The position numbers and the translations under genes were made by a program. From Octopus vulgaris (taxonomy: Eukaryota), in the NCBI GenBank assembly GCA_951406725.2, contig OX597822.1, forward strand, positions 45,074,001 to 45,138,000: a stretch of DNA of 64,000 nt, written 5' to 3'. The first letter of the stretch is position 1. Each line of letters opens with the position of its first letter. Under the pieces are notes generated by a model. It was not told the origin of the DNA. It ran no database searches and worked only from the letters and a program-made list of their open reading frames with translations. Below, piece by piece: positions 28,485 through 44,653 of this stretch.

Positions 28485-29120
28485 TGTATGTACGTATGTA
28501 CGTTTGAATGTATGTATGTATGTATGTATGTATGCATGCATGTATGTATGTTTGTATGTACGTATATATGTATGTATGAATGTTTGTATATATGTATGTT
28601 TGTATGTATGTATGTTTGTGTGTATGTATATATATATGTATGTATGCACGCATGCATGTATGTGTGCATGTTTGTATATATATGTATGTATGTATGTATG
28701 CATGTACGTATGTTTGTATATAATATGTATGTATGTTTGCATATATGTATGTATGAATGTTTATATGTATGTATGTTTGTATGTATGCATGTATGGATGT
28801 ATGTATATTTGTATGTTTGTATGTATGTATGTTTGTATGTATGTATGTTTGCGTGTATGTATGTTTGTATATATATATGTTTGTATGTTTGTATGTATAT
28901 ATGTATGTATATCTATGCATGTAGCTATGCATTCATGTACGTATGTTTGTATGCATGTATCTATGCATGTATGTACATATGCATGTATGTAAGTATGAAT
29001 ATATGTATTTATCTATGTACATATGTATGTATATATGTATGTATGTATGTAAGTACATATGTATGTATATATGTATGTATGTAAGTATGTATGTCTGTAT
29101 GCATGCACGTATCCATGTAT
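28485..29120. repeat. degenerate (ATGT)n tract
   Basis: Directly visible. Confidence 0.95.
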
Positions 29121-29194
29121 GTCATTATTAGGGTTTATTTCGAGATTTGAACATCAACAGAGTATTGTTGTTTGCACGTATGCGGGAAGTCGCC

Positions 29195-29480
29195 TCACCG
29201 GCGAACACATAACCTAGGGTTGTTTTCATGGAAGACCAGTAGTCCCCCATGCATACCAGACTCCCTTCTACATGCCACCAGTGTCATCCAAGGGAAAGAC
29301 AAAGGTCGATAGTGCTTGGCACCAGTGACGTCGCAACTCATTTTGTACAGCTGAGTGAACTGGAGCAACTTGAAATAAAAAGTCTTGCTCAAGAAAACAA
29401 CACGCAACCCGGTCCGGGAATCGAACTCACAACCTCACGATTGTAACCTTGTCACTCTTATCCTCTGAGCCATGTGCTTT
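29195..29480 (-). mobile_element. tRNA-derived SINE family D (related fragments at about 20800-20885 and 49330-49545)
   Basis: Minus strand tggctcagagg..gagttcgattcccggaccggg..cttgagcaagact..ccagttcactcagctg. Confidence 0.7.
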
Positions 29481-29570
29481 CAAAAGCATTACAGGGTTAA
29501 AGTATGTCTATTACATGGGTACATATAAATTTGTGTTATTTGGTTTCTCAACTTAATTTATTAAGATATA

Positions 29571-30378
29571 CTAGCAGCATAGCCCGGCGTTGCCCGGGTA
29601 TGTAAGAGCCCCTAGTAGGCAACGACTAATCCCAATCTAGTCCTTTCCCTCTAGGGAACGAAGGCGCATGTGTCGGTTGCAATGTCTTCTCTTCACTCCC
29701 AAATAACTATTAAACAGCTATCGGTAATTCAACCCAACCAATTCCTACCAGGAAGAAATTACATTAGAGACTTTACCCCCAACACCGCCACTTCTGCTAA
29801 TAGCTGCTGCAGCCGCAAGTTATTCGAATACTTTTTTTTGTTTACACTTTCTTTATAACTACCACCGCAAACGTTTTACCTTAAATTTTTGACGTACCCT
29901 AAGGGTCCTCGGACGCTACTTGCAAACTCTTGGTTTATTATAAACCGCTTTTGTCGTGTGCATCAAAAAACCTTTTCCATTCGTTTGTTCAGTTTGGTCA
30001 CTTTTGACTTTTTCGTTGTTGTCGCTCACATTGCTGCCCACTTTTTTGCCGTTTTTGTACATTTTTATACATTTTGGGATACTTACCCCACGTGTTCCGA
30101 AAGTTAAAAAGGTCGAGTTGCGTCCTCTAGACAGTCTGTAGAAAATGTGTTGCATATAAAAAGCTTAGATTCTCGACCCATGTCGAATTTATCGATTTCT
30201 TTTCAGAACTGGGGGAACTTTTCAAACTTTTCGCTGCGTTAGTTTTGAATTATGACATTGGGCTATGTGTGTGTCAAGTTTCATCAGAATCGATTGAAAG
30301 CCGTGGTCAGAGTGAGGGTACAACCTGACAGACACACAGACACACAGACAGACAAACTGCCGTTTATATATAGAGAGA
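29571..30378 (-). mobile_element. complete non-autonomous Helitron
   Basis: 5' TC, 3' hairpin cccgggcaacgccggg then CTAG, inserted between A (29570) and T (30379), no TSD. Confidence 0.88.
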
Positions 30379-31424
30379 TGTCTGTGTGCCTTTTCCTGTA
30401 TTTCCGTATTCGCTGTGTTTGCCTATTTGTGTATATTCTCTTTGTCTTTTATCTTCGTCTTTTATCTTTCGTTTTGACTCGTTTCAGTCATAGACGTACT
30501 GCCATGTTGGGGCCCCGTATTGACTGGTCTAGTCGAGCGAATCAAGGCCACGACTTATTTCTTACTCTGTTGCTTCTTCTATCGTTCTTTTTTCTCGAAT
30601 CACTTAATTACGAGGATATAAACAAAGCATCACCAACTACCTCCATTCTTGTTAATTTTTGTGCTCATGACACAAATTCCAATATATTTTAAGCTGGCAA
30701 CATACAAGTTGACTTGGTCGACAACGAATAATTCCCATAGGTGAAACTGTGCAACAATGGAAGCCTAACGAACCATTATACTTTTAAACATATAATTTAC
30801 ACTGCTGCAATAAATATGTGTGTATCAAAAGTTGAAACCAAGACGTAATTTTTTGCTTCAGGTCAAGAGTTGTAGAATGAGATAATTTAATGGTATTCTT
30901 GCTAAAGTTCCTATAATACCTGTATTGTGTTGGAAACTATTTCTTGAATAACGAAAAACATTTTAGCTGTAGTTATTGCCACTTCCATTTTAAACGGTGT
31001 GTTATATCAAATAATATTACTAAGCTTAATCTTCTTAATCCGACGCGCGTAGTTAATATACTACCTAAATATTCTCCCTTAAACAACTACTGTTAATCGC
31101 TGGTAGTGACACTATATTTCATTACGCAACAATGATATACTACCATGGTAATCAAAGGCTTAAATGTCAATACTAGGTCCTACCTGTGTTAGCAGTGCGA
31201 TTCAATGACTTTTTAAAGTTATCTATATAACTTTTCTAGAGTAATTAGAGGCAGCTGTGAATGTTTCATAAACGAATACTTCTATGTAAACAATACGATC
31301 GAAAATGGAAAAATAGATAACGGGTGTATTTGAAAATTTCATGAGTTCTCGCTCCTTCTTCAGCTCCTCATCTAACCGATCCATGAACGATAACTCTTGA
31401 TATATGTTGGCTCTAACGTCTATA

Positions 31425-31830
<406 letters not shown>

Positions 31831-31929
31831 TGACGAGTCTGTAGAGATAACTTTGAAAAGTGAGACATTACTGTATGCATGCCTATGAATGTATGTTTCT
31901 ATTCGTAGATATGTAAGCAAACATACGTA

Positions 31930-32610
31930 AAGCAGCAAAGTGTGACGACCAATGCAGACTTTGTGGCGTTAACACCAAAGGCATCGCCCACATCATAAGC
32001 AGTTGTGCGAAAATGTAATCTGGTATTACCTACCGATGAGACATGGTATTGTAGCTAGGTTACTATATAATGAAATTCGTCGGAATGATAACCCCGAGGA
32101 CAAAAAAATAAGAACCCACCGTATGTTGGAATCCATAATAAAAAGGTGTACTCATAATAAAAAGGAGTACTGGTGGAATGCTCCAGAGTAAACATCAATG
32201 AAATCTAAGCACAACAGACCTGATATAATGATTTGGGATAGAGAAGAGAAACTGTGTACAGTTGTGGAAATTACCTGCGCAGCGGATGTTAACATAAAGC
32301 TGAAGATCAGTGAAAAAGAGATTACCTATGTTAAACAATTGAGAATTCTGTAGTTATTCTGTCCAGATAACAAGTTCAGGTTAATGCCTGTAATTATTGG
32401 AGTTCACACTGCCTAAATACCAATCTTGAGAAATTAGGCTTCTCAAAACCAGAAAGGAGAAAGTTAATTCGTTGACTACAGATCCAATCCATCACTGGAA
32501 CTGTAAAAATCTGTAAAACTTACCGGAAGTTTATGATTGTAGTATATATTGTCATGTCTTGATATGGAAATATATGCATTAAACAAAACACACAAGTCTG
32601 CACATATACA
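31930..32610 (+). mobile_element. decayed 3' fragment of a further RLE-type LINE family
   Basis: CRLCG..HIISSC, YYLPMRH, EYWWN, HNRPDIMIWDREEKLCTVVEI; 3' end runs into (CATA)n. Confidence 0.8.
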
Positions 32611-32764
32611 TACATACATTCTCTCTCTCTCCCCCCTCCTTCTCTTTCTCTCTCCCTCTCCCTCTCTCTCCCTCTCTCTCCCTCTCTCTCTCCCTCTCCT
32701 TCTCTCTCTCACACACACACACACACATTGTAGAATAATAAAAAGAACGTCCTTGATACAAAAT

Positions 32765-33001
32765 TATATATTTGAAAAAATGAGTAGAGAAGGCTTTTGG
32801 TGGGGTGGGAGATAATGTTAACAGTGAGTTCCTCTGTTGAGAGTTTGAAGCTTCAAAGAGCCGTTTTCAATCAGTCGGCTATTTGAAGCTTGAAACTCAT
32901 GACCAGTGTAACTCACTGTAAACATTACTATCAAAATAAAAATTATCCCCCTACCCAACCACCAGAAAGAAAACCATCTCTACGCATTTTTTCAAATATA
33001 T
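32765..33001. mobile_element. foldback/MITE-like element
   Basis: atatatttgaaaaaatg.gtagaga..acagtgagtt..gagtttgaagcttcaaa.agccg mirrored by cggct.tttgaagctt.aaactc..aactcactgt..tctctacgcattttttcaaatatat. Confidence 0.75.
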
Positions 33002-33020
33002 GTATATATGTGTGGGGGTG

Positions 33021-33061
<41 letters not shown>

Positions 33062-33069
33062 GGACGGAC

Positions 33070-34470
<1,401 letters not shown>

Positions 34471-34499
34471 CACACAGACAGTCAGACAGACAGACAGAC

Positions 34500-34578
<79 letters not shown>

Positions 34579-34779
34579 GAGAGTCGGCGCAGTTGTTAAT
34601 GCGTCATATATGATAACTTCCGGTTCACGTTCTGGATCAGTCGGCATTTATTTGAAATAATGCTTTACTCGGTTCTGCTTTTCATTATTTCGGGGTCGGT
34701 CAATATGTCTTTCCAGTTGAGAACAGGATAGGATCAATCCCTTTATTTTTCTCCCCTTTTCGTTTTTCTCTCCCATCGA

Positions 34780-34852
<73 letters not shown>

Positions 34853-35015
34853 CAAGAAGTAATCAGATTTAATGAGTCTAGCCGAGGATATGGTTCCACC
34901 ATGATTAGATGTTCACTGTATGGCAAGCATCACATCGGTTCCTTTACGACTCCACAACTCAGATTCCATCAGGTGTGGAGAGTCCACTACAAGTAAGGCT
35001 TTTATGTGCGTATAA

Positions 35016-35229
35016 GGCGACGAGCTGGCAGAAACGTTAGCATGCCGGGCGAAATATTTAGCGGTATTTCGTCCGTCTTTACTTCTCAGCTCAAATTCCG
35101 TCGAGGTCGACTTTGCCTTTCATCCTTTCAGGGTCGATAAATTAAGCACCAATTGCGTACTGAGGTCGATCTAATCGACTGGCCCCGATCCCGCCAAATT
35201 TCAGCATTTGTGCCTAGAGTAGAAACGAA
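35016..35229 (+). mobile_element. SINE family A, tail type 2, between direct repeats of about 95 bp
   Basis: Family A head and body; 34917-35012 resembles 35230-35326. Confidence 0.85.
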
Positions 35230-35593
35230 TGTATGGCGTACATCACATCGGTTCCTCTGCGATTTCACAGCTCATGACTCTATCAGCTCTAGAGTGTTCA
35301 ATACAAGTAAGGAATTTATGTGCGTACGTGAGTGCGTGCGTGCGTGTGTGTGTGTGTTTGTGTGTGTTTGTGTGCGTGAGTATGCACACAAACGTATTTC
35401 AATTCCGTATTTTCCAGCATTCAAATCGACCTAGTATTTAGAGTAAACATGCAGCGTAAACATTCAAAGATTCTTAGACGCTGTCTTTCCAATTCTTGTC
35501 GCATTTCACATAGAACTTATGGTCTTCCAAAATCGTCTTGATGTATAAATTGATCTATCTTTTCTTTCTTTCTTTCTTTCATTCTTTCCATCT

Positions 35594-35629
<36 letters not shown>

Positions 35630-35779
35630 TATTTATTTATTTATTTGGTTGTAAATTTTGTTCTTGTATGCGCGAAAATAGCGTAATCGTAATTCGTCAT
35701 GCCGAAATCTCGGACCTGCTTCTACGTGTACGAACCAATTGTATACAGCAAGTGACATACCGACACTAACACACTCATA

Positions 35780-35825
<46 letters not shown>

Positions 35826-36172
35826 CACACACACATACATCCACATAAAAAACAGACATCGAGACATCACAGCGGAAGCCAGAAAAATGACACGAGCAGA
35901 CGTTATTTAAGGGGAGATAATCTGCTCTTTACAGACCAGATTGACACTTCTGTAAAATTTCTTATTTTTTATCACCAATCAGATTATTGCTGCTACTACT
36001 ACTACTACTTTTGTTTTTTATGTTCTTTCTCTCTTTACTAAGCCGTTATCATCACTAGCACCCAACACCAGCATCGACTTCTTCTTCTTCTTCTTCTTCT
36101 TCTTTTGACCATCGTCCTCATCACCGTCGTTTTCGTCGGTGACGTCATCATTCCCATCAAAATCATTATCAA

Positions 36173-36214
<42 letters not shown>

Positions 36215-37533
36215 GAACAACATCATCGTCATCACCATTATCATCACCATCATTAATATCATCATCATCATCATCATCATCGTCATCACCAACAACATCA
36301 AATCCCTTTGGGAAGGAAAAGAAGTCAAAGAAGAAGAAGAAGAAGAAGAACAAGAAGAAGAAGAAGAAGAAGAAGAAGAAGAAGAAGAAGAAGAAGAAGA
36401 AGAAGAAGAAGAAGAAGAAGAAGAAGAAGAAGAAGAAGAAGAAGACGAAGAAGAAGACAATCTGAACAAGAACAAGACAAACAATATGGTGGGTAATATC
36501 AAGAGAGCAGAGTGTACGTTTGTATGTAGGTAGGTAAATGTGTGTGTGATTGTGTGTGTGTGTATTCTTCCGAATCTCCTTTAACCATATATTAGTCTCT
36601 GCTTCAAGTGGAAGACATGTTTGCTGGTACATAGAGCGAGTAAACATTTGCGAATTCGTGTGTGTACAGAGCCAACCTCAATACCAATATTAAATATATT
36701 TGAATGACACACGCCTGCAGTGTGCTGGACATAGCAATGCTGTATTCTATTGTCTCGCTGATCCGGTGTAAAGCCAGCGGTCAGCTTTCACCGGCAACCT
36801 TGTCTGCAATCCTCAACTGTTGTCCGTTCAATGAAAATTAGTATGATTTGAGGTTATGCATATAACAAGGAATGGAAACAGGATAAATTTACAACGGAAC
36901 GAAATTATTAAAGGATTACTGAAAAGAACGATAAAAAAAAAGAAGTGGGGAAAATATACATTGTTACTAGGTTATAGGTTAGATAAGTAGGATTATCTAT
37001 CTAGCTAATTATCTGTCTCCCTATCTTTCTAGCTTTACTTCTATCTATCCATCTATCCACCTATATATCTATCTGTCTAGTTATGCCTGTCTTTCAGTCT
37101 ATCTATCTATCTATCTATCTATCTATTTATCTGTGTCTATTTGTTGGCCTATCTTTATAGGTTTAGATCTATGTATTTATTTATCGATTTGTCTGTCTAC
37201 ATTCCCATGAGCGTTAGCTTTTTCCCTGCCTATCCATCTACCTATTTATATATCTAGCAATTTTGTCTATCAATCAATCAGTCTATCTTTCTGCCTCTTA
37301 CCTGTTTATCTGTCTATCTATCTATATTTCTGCCTATCTTTCTGGCTGTCTTGTAACCATCCCTCTACCTATAGATCGAGTGACCCCTATATATTCATCG
37401 CTTATTTATCTATTATTCATCTTTCTATACTTCTATTTTTCTGTCTGTCAGTCTCTCTATCTATATGTTTAACTCTCTCCCCCCCTCTCTCTCTCTATCT
37501 ATCTATCTATCTTTCTATCTATCTATCTATATA

Positions 37534-38796
37534 CAGGTGTTGGACAAAATAATGGAAACACCTAGCATCATAGCATCATAATTTTGAAATATCTATAAAA
37601 CTGTCAAAAGCTTGTTTATTTTATGTGTTTTGATTTATTATTAGTGTTGCTTAATATATTTTACTAAAATTGCTGTTTCTTTTCAGATATCAAAAAAATG
37701 GTAATTAAACTTCATTAAAACGACAGATCTATCGGACTTTTAAAGAGGTCAAATTGTTGGTGCTCGTGTGGCAGGCGCTAGCGTAACAAAAACAGCTGAG
37801 ATGTTTGGCGTATCAAGAAGTGCTGTCTCGAAAGTAATGACAGCCTTTGATAAAGAGGGAAAAACCTCCTCGTCGAAACAAAACTCCGGAAGAAAAACCA
37901 AAAGTTTCAGATAGGGACCGTCGGACTCATACGTGAATTGTTAGAAATTGTTAGAAATTGCTACAAAAGAAAAGCTTCTAAAATTATTGCAGAAATTAAT
38001 GACTACCTGGAGAACCCAGTTTCCACAAAAACTGTTCGCCAGGAGCTGCACAAAGCCGGATTTCACAAGAGGGCTGCAATCAGAAAACCACTACTTTCAA
38101 AAACAAACGTTGTAAATCGTTTAGAGTGGAGTAAAAACCCACAGAATTGGTCCCTAGAGCAATGGAAGAATTTTATTTTTCGAATGAGTCATCCTTTATA
38201 TTATTTCCGACCACTGACCAAGTATACGTGTGGAGACAGCCACAAGACGCATTTGACCCAGACTGCCTTCTACCAACTGTTAAACATAGAGGAGGATGTG
38301 TGATGATTTTGGGCGGGGGCTATATCTTGGAAATCCACCAGCATAATGGTTTCCCTTTACAACAGAATTAATAGTCAAGACTATTTAAGCATTTTATCTG
38401 ATCAAATTCATCCTATGGTTGCGGAACTGTTTCCGGGGGGAACCGCAATCTTTCAGGATGATAATGCACCAATTCACACAGCTAAAGTTGTTACTGAATG
38501 GCACAAGGAAAATTCTAGAGAAGTTGAACATCTTATCTGGCCACCACAGTCCCTAGATCTCAATATTATTGACCATTTATGGTGCATTAAAAACAAGTAA
38601 GGAGTGAGTCGATCACCTCCACCATTATCTCTACAAAAACTGGAGACTGTTTTAGCTAAAGAATGGACAAAACTTCCTTTGGAAACAATTCAAACTTCGT
38701 ACAAGTCCGTAATTACTGCCAAAGTCACTCCTAACCCATATTAAAATAAATTCGTTTGAAATTTTAAGGTGTTTCCATTATTTTGTCCAATCCCTG
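37534..38796 (+). mobile_element. full-length decayed Tc1-like transposon (DD36 spacing, Incomer-like)
   Basis: About 30-bp TIRs cagg.gttggacaaaataatggaaacacct, TA on left; DLSDF*RGQIVGAR.AGASVTKTA, FSNES, FQDDNAPIH..WPPQSLDLNIIDHLW; 1263 bp. Confidence 0.92.
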
Positions 38797-38825
38797 CATG
38801 TATGTGTGTATGTATTCTGTTTGCT

Positions 38826-39040
38826 TTTATTCTTTTACTTGTTTCAGTCGTTTGACTGCGGTTATGCTGGAGCACCGCCTTTTTAGTCTAGCAAATCGAC
38901 CACAGGACTTACTCTTCGTAAGCTTAGTACTTATTCTATCGGTCTCTTTAGCCGAACCGCAAAGGTACGGGGACGTAAACACACCAGCATCGGTCGTCAA
39001 GCGATGTTGGGGGGGGGACACAGACACACAAACATACACA
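38826..39040 (-). mobile_element. SINE family B, 3' half
   Basis: ttttacttgtttcagtc..gctggagcaccgcc..gccgaaccgc..acaccagcatcgg. Confidence 0.85.
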
Positions 39041-39052
39041 CACATACATATA

Positions 39053-39188
<136 letters not shown>

Positions 39189-39189
39189 C

Positions 39190-40160
39190 AAATTGAGATA
39201 GGGGTTGCAAATTCAACCCTCCATGGGATAACATATATCCAATATACTGCTAGTGAAGTACCCAACAAAGTTAATACATAAATGTTCTGTGGAAATTAAC
39301 ACCATGTAAACTGTTTGACTTGACTGCTTTTTGTATGTATGTGCAAATATTTAACGCCTTGCATAATACTGTGGTATTATGTTGGTCCCTAGTTTTGCTA
39401 CTATATTGCTAATTATGTGATATATATATATTGTTTTATTAGTATTAATGTTATTGGAAATAAAAACAATGATATTGGTAGCATTAATGATATTGATAAC
39501 AGTATTGATATTAACATTAATGACTTTTTGTAAATTAATATAAAGTAATACTGACTCTAAATATCTGCATTGAAGTATGAATATGTCTATGTTCTCTAAG
39601 TTGTAATATCTTAATATTAAGTTGAAAAACATTGAATATCGAACATATATATATATTTTATTGATTTATATTATTTGTATTATTATGTATATATATATGT
39701 GTATGTATAACAATATGATTATATGCACTCATATATATATATATAAATAATTTATTATGGGTATGTACCCACACTTATATGAGTATATATGTAATTTGGT
39801 TTATACTTTAGAATCTCCGAAGAGGCCTTACGATATCTTTGTGAATGTCTCAATTTTAACTGCATATTGGCATACTATACATGGCTAATATAGGTAAAAT
39901 GAGGCATATTTATCTGCATGGCCGAAACAGCTGTAAGATATAGTGTATATTTATATTTATATCTATTTATATTTATTTATTTATACCCTCTTATAATGAT
40001 TGTACTTTTTGTATTGTATTACTCATTCATGTACGCTGTTTTGTTATATATTTTTATGTTTAACCCTAATGTTCTTATGTAGTAGTCTAATAAAGTATAT
40101 GATTGGGTATTATCTGGTAGTTGATAAATGATTTAGATGTTTTTCTCCATTTTCTTATTT

Positions 40161-40162
<2 letters not shown>
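39190..40162 (+). mobile_element. AT-rich Penelope-LTR-like element in (TA)n carrying a hammerhead
   Basis: Bounded by (TA)n; contains the hammerhead at 39813-39939 and a downstream AATAAA. Confidence 0.55.
39813..39939 (+). ncRNA. type I hammerhead motif with long loop II
   Basis: ATCT-CCGAAGA-GGCC-(about 92 nt)-GGCC-GAAAC-AGCT-GTA-AGAT. Confidence 0.7.
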
Positions 40163-40214
<52 letters not shown>

Positions 40215-40649
40215 CGTTGCGGGTCAGGGGAAAAAAATTATAGAATAAGTACCAGACTGAAAGGTAAGTACCAAGGTGGATTTGTTTGACTAAACCCTCA
40301 CCGGCAGTTCCCCAGTATGGTCGCAGACCAATGACTAAAACAAGTAATACAGAAAAAGAAGTCTGCTGGTGGCTGCAGTTTCTAATTTCGTGACTATTAA
40401 GTGACAGCTTCCATTTCCATTTGTCTCGTTTACCTAAGCATTAGGTTTCACGTTCCTCCAGTTCTGGTCACGTGTTGGTGCTGTCCTCTTTCCCGCCATT
40501 TGTCTCATCCTCCATATTCCACTGCGCCATACATTTATGAGTCTCTTTATCTGTAGATAAATCCATGTACGAATGCGTGCAGGAGGACTGACAGATAGAC
40601 GGATGGACAGACAAAGAGATATGTAGATAGGTAGACAGTTACATAGATT

Positions 40650-40711
<62 letters not shown>

Positions 40712-40896
40712 AAGACATATACATGCATACATACATACATATATGCATACATACATACATACTACATACATACATACATACATACATACATACATACATA
40801 CATACATGCATACATATATATATATATATACATACATACATACATATATATACATACATACATATACATACATACATACATACATACATACATACA

Positions 40897-40932
<36 letters not shown>

Positions 40933-42582
40933 TATACATACATACATACTTCCATACATTGTTACTAGCTTGCTAGATAAATCGACAGATTGCCAGACAA
41001 ACGGACAATTAGACAGACTGATTCATGTTCACAGTTATAAGTTGAAACATTTCCAGATAGAATATTGCAAGCAAACTCTGTTTAAAAATTAGATTTTCTC
41101 TCTGCTTTCAGTATTCTATGGTTTTATCCAAAAATATATTGTAATTGTCCGAGTTTCAGGAAATGGTTTCCTATTCAGTATCAGCAAGAAACGGCAGCCA
41201 CATCTACCGAAATTTGTCTTCATTGTCATTAAAAATGAACGGCCCACACATGATTCAGTGCCAGAGAACAACATCAGAAATGGTTTTTATCCGTGGTTGT
41301 CAACTTGCCACGTTTTTTGTTAAAAATGTCGTTAAAGATTTAGTTGTGTGCGGCTTAGAGCCTCTATTGGTCAAAGCTGATCATATATCTACATTGCCCG
41401 TCAACGATATAATGACGTGTGCTTTCATGCGCCATCAGTTCATATAAGAGGCCCTTGTATGGTAATTAATGCAGTGTTTCGTGTTCTGGCAGAGCTTACA
41501 GTTTCAGTTGGAGACAAGTATCACATCTTGGTATTAATATTACTTCTGTCGTCATTAATTAATTTTTAATAAGCCCATTGGCTATCTGCGTCACCAGCGC
41601 CTGAGTTCACATTGATATTCTACATATCGTTGAAAGGGGGGAAGGGGTTCTATGTCCCCACTTGACGTTTGTCATTGACAAGCTCAAGGAAGGGCAAAAT
41701 CATATCCTTTGGCAGTTCCAGTAGACGCAGCCGACGTTTATTCCCCGTCAACCTAATAAATACGAGTCCATGTGATAGGTCATCACGTGGTAAATGACGC
41801 AGTACTCTGTGCTCTGGTACAAATTCCACGCTAAGTGGAAGATATATGTGTGTGTGTGTGTGTGTGTGTCTGTGTGTTTATATATATATGTATAGATATA
41901 TGTATATATATGTATATATATATATACATACATATATATATATATGCACATATATATATATATGCATATATACGTATGTATGTATATATATATATATGCA
42001 CATATATATATATATATGCATATATATATACATACATGCATGCATACATACATACATACATACATACATACATACATACGTACATACATACATACATACA
42101 TACATACATACATACATACATACATACACGCGCATGCACAAACATATATACACGGCCGCATGTGTTGCTCTTTACACTGATTAGAGCACTTCAGCACATT
42201 TTCCGAAAACGAGGGGAAAAAATATTCACAAATGTAAAACAGAAAACGAAAGCAAAACAACGGGCGGACGTTTGGATACTGGACTAGAAGGAAGGAAGGA
42301 AGGAAGGATGGATGGATGGATGGAAGGAAGGAAGGAAGGAAGGAAGGATGGATGGAAGGAAGGATGGATGGATGGATGGATGGATGGATGGATGGATGGA
42401 TGGATGGATGGGTGGATAGATGGATGGATGGACGGTCGGACGTGATCGATGGAGAGATGGACCAACAAACAGACGGACGGATAGATGTGTGTGGAATATA
42501 TCAAAGAAAAATTGCCAAGAGGATGAAAAGAAAACAGAAAACAAAATCAATAGGAAACAAAATAAGAGAGACTGCAATGGCG

Positions 42583-42626
<44 letters not shown>

Positions 42627-42916
42627 TCCTGCTTCTGTGTAATATTCGGTAGGTTGTAAAGAACACTTAGAAAATGAAATTAGACTAATTTCAAAAGCTT
42701 TTCTAAGCCAACTTCACTCGTAAGAAGCTCAGCATTATCCACAATTGTTGTAGCTTTGAGAGAGTTGAACACATACGGTTTTTCGGGTTATTTTTATTCC
42801 TCCGCCTCCTTTTATTATCTCTCTCTAACTGCTTTTTCTGTTGTTTTATTGTATCACTAGTTGCAAATAGCCTCCCTTACTTTCCTCCCCTCTCTCTCTC
42901 TCTTTCTCTCTCTCTT

Positions 42917-42953
<37 letters not shown>

Positions 42954-43021
42954 CACTAACTCTTCATATATATACATATACATGTAAATATACGCATATG
43001 TGCATAAATGTGTGTACAAAT

Positions 43022-43076
<55 letters not shown>

Positions 43077-43201
43077 TACAAATATATATATGTGCATAAA
43101 CACAAACGCATATACATGCTTGTATTGTGTACAAATAATTGGTTTTGTGAATTGTATATTATATACATATACATACTCGTGTGTATATATGTATGATATA
43201 T

Positions 43202-43275
<74 letters not shown>

Positions 43276-43366
43276 TATATATATGTGTGTGTATGTACGC
43301 GCGCGCTTGAGTGGGTTAAAGAAAATCTATCTAAATATATAAGCTTCTTTACAAATACACATACTT

Positions 43367-43436
<70 letters not shown>

Positions 43437-43449
43437 TTAGAGAGAGAGT

Positions 43450-43490
<41 letters not shown>

Positions 43491-43959
43491 CGCATCAGTC
43501 TTACATAACCGAGTGAAAAAAACTCAATACTATGGTTTAGAGTAAATCTATAAAATTTATTTGAAGTCTACGCTTCAGAAATCGTGTCCACGATTCCGAT
43601 TCTCAAACGAGTGTAATAATACAAATCAAACTTGGCGGTTCAGCAAAAGAGATGGATAGAATAACTGCAAGAGTTCAAGAAAAAGTAAACACTAGGATCG
43701 ATTTGAACCTTTTGAAGGCGATGCTCCAGCATGGCAGCAGTCCAGTAACTAAAACGTGTAAAAAAGGGGGGGGGGAATAACGTAAAGTCGATGTGCCCCA
43801 GCATGGTCACAGCTCGTGAGCTGAAACTAGATGAAATGAAATGAAAATGAATATATATTGTGCTGTAAATCCAAATGTCAGACATATGATTACGAATATC
43901 CGTAGCAAAGTGTTATGTGGTTTTTGGTGGGAAATTTCTTTGAGCTTGTGAGCGATTTA

Positions 43960-44140
43960 CAAATGATGATTAATGTTAATATGAATTTACATATAGGTAA
44001 TTTCTTAGATGTTAACTTCAATTTAAAAACCAATAAATATTACCAGTTTGCGAGACCGAATAAACACGTAGTCATTGACTATAAACTCTAACCATCTGTC
44101 TGCTATTATAAATAGTTTAGTGACAAATGTTAGTAATTTA
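43960..44140 (+). mobile_element. decayed Penelope-like RT fragment
   Basis: NFLDVNFNLKTNKYYQF.RPN and SNH..AII resemble Penelope RT thumb motifs. Confidence 0.55.
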
Positions 44141-44489
44141 ACTTATTTGTACAATTTGTATATTATGAAGTAAGCTACAGCGAGTGTTTCAGATGGAAGT
44201 TTTCACAGCTACGTAGTATTATGTGATTATGTGATAGATCTTTGCTTTTGTTTTTTTTTTCAATTTTTAATGATTTTCTCATAAGCACGGCTCGAAGTTA
44301 CTGTAGCGTAAGGGAGTACAAAGACGGAAAAGATGTGGCGGCAACAGATCCAAAGAATGTCAAATGATAGAAAGCTTAAAGAGCTGAAGAAAGCCAGGGG
44401 AGGGTAGCGAGTTGCAGAGAGCGGCAATTCTAGAAGAGTAAGCTTATTTTTGAAAAGTTTCGAAAGTCCGTCAGAGGCAACGATAGACG

Positions 44490-44653
<164 letters not shown>

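Noticed and set aside
36762-36793. Small hairpin ccggtgtaaagc/gctttcaccgg as a pre-miRNA
   Set aside because: Stem of about 11 bp is too short; no support
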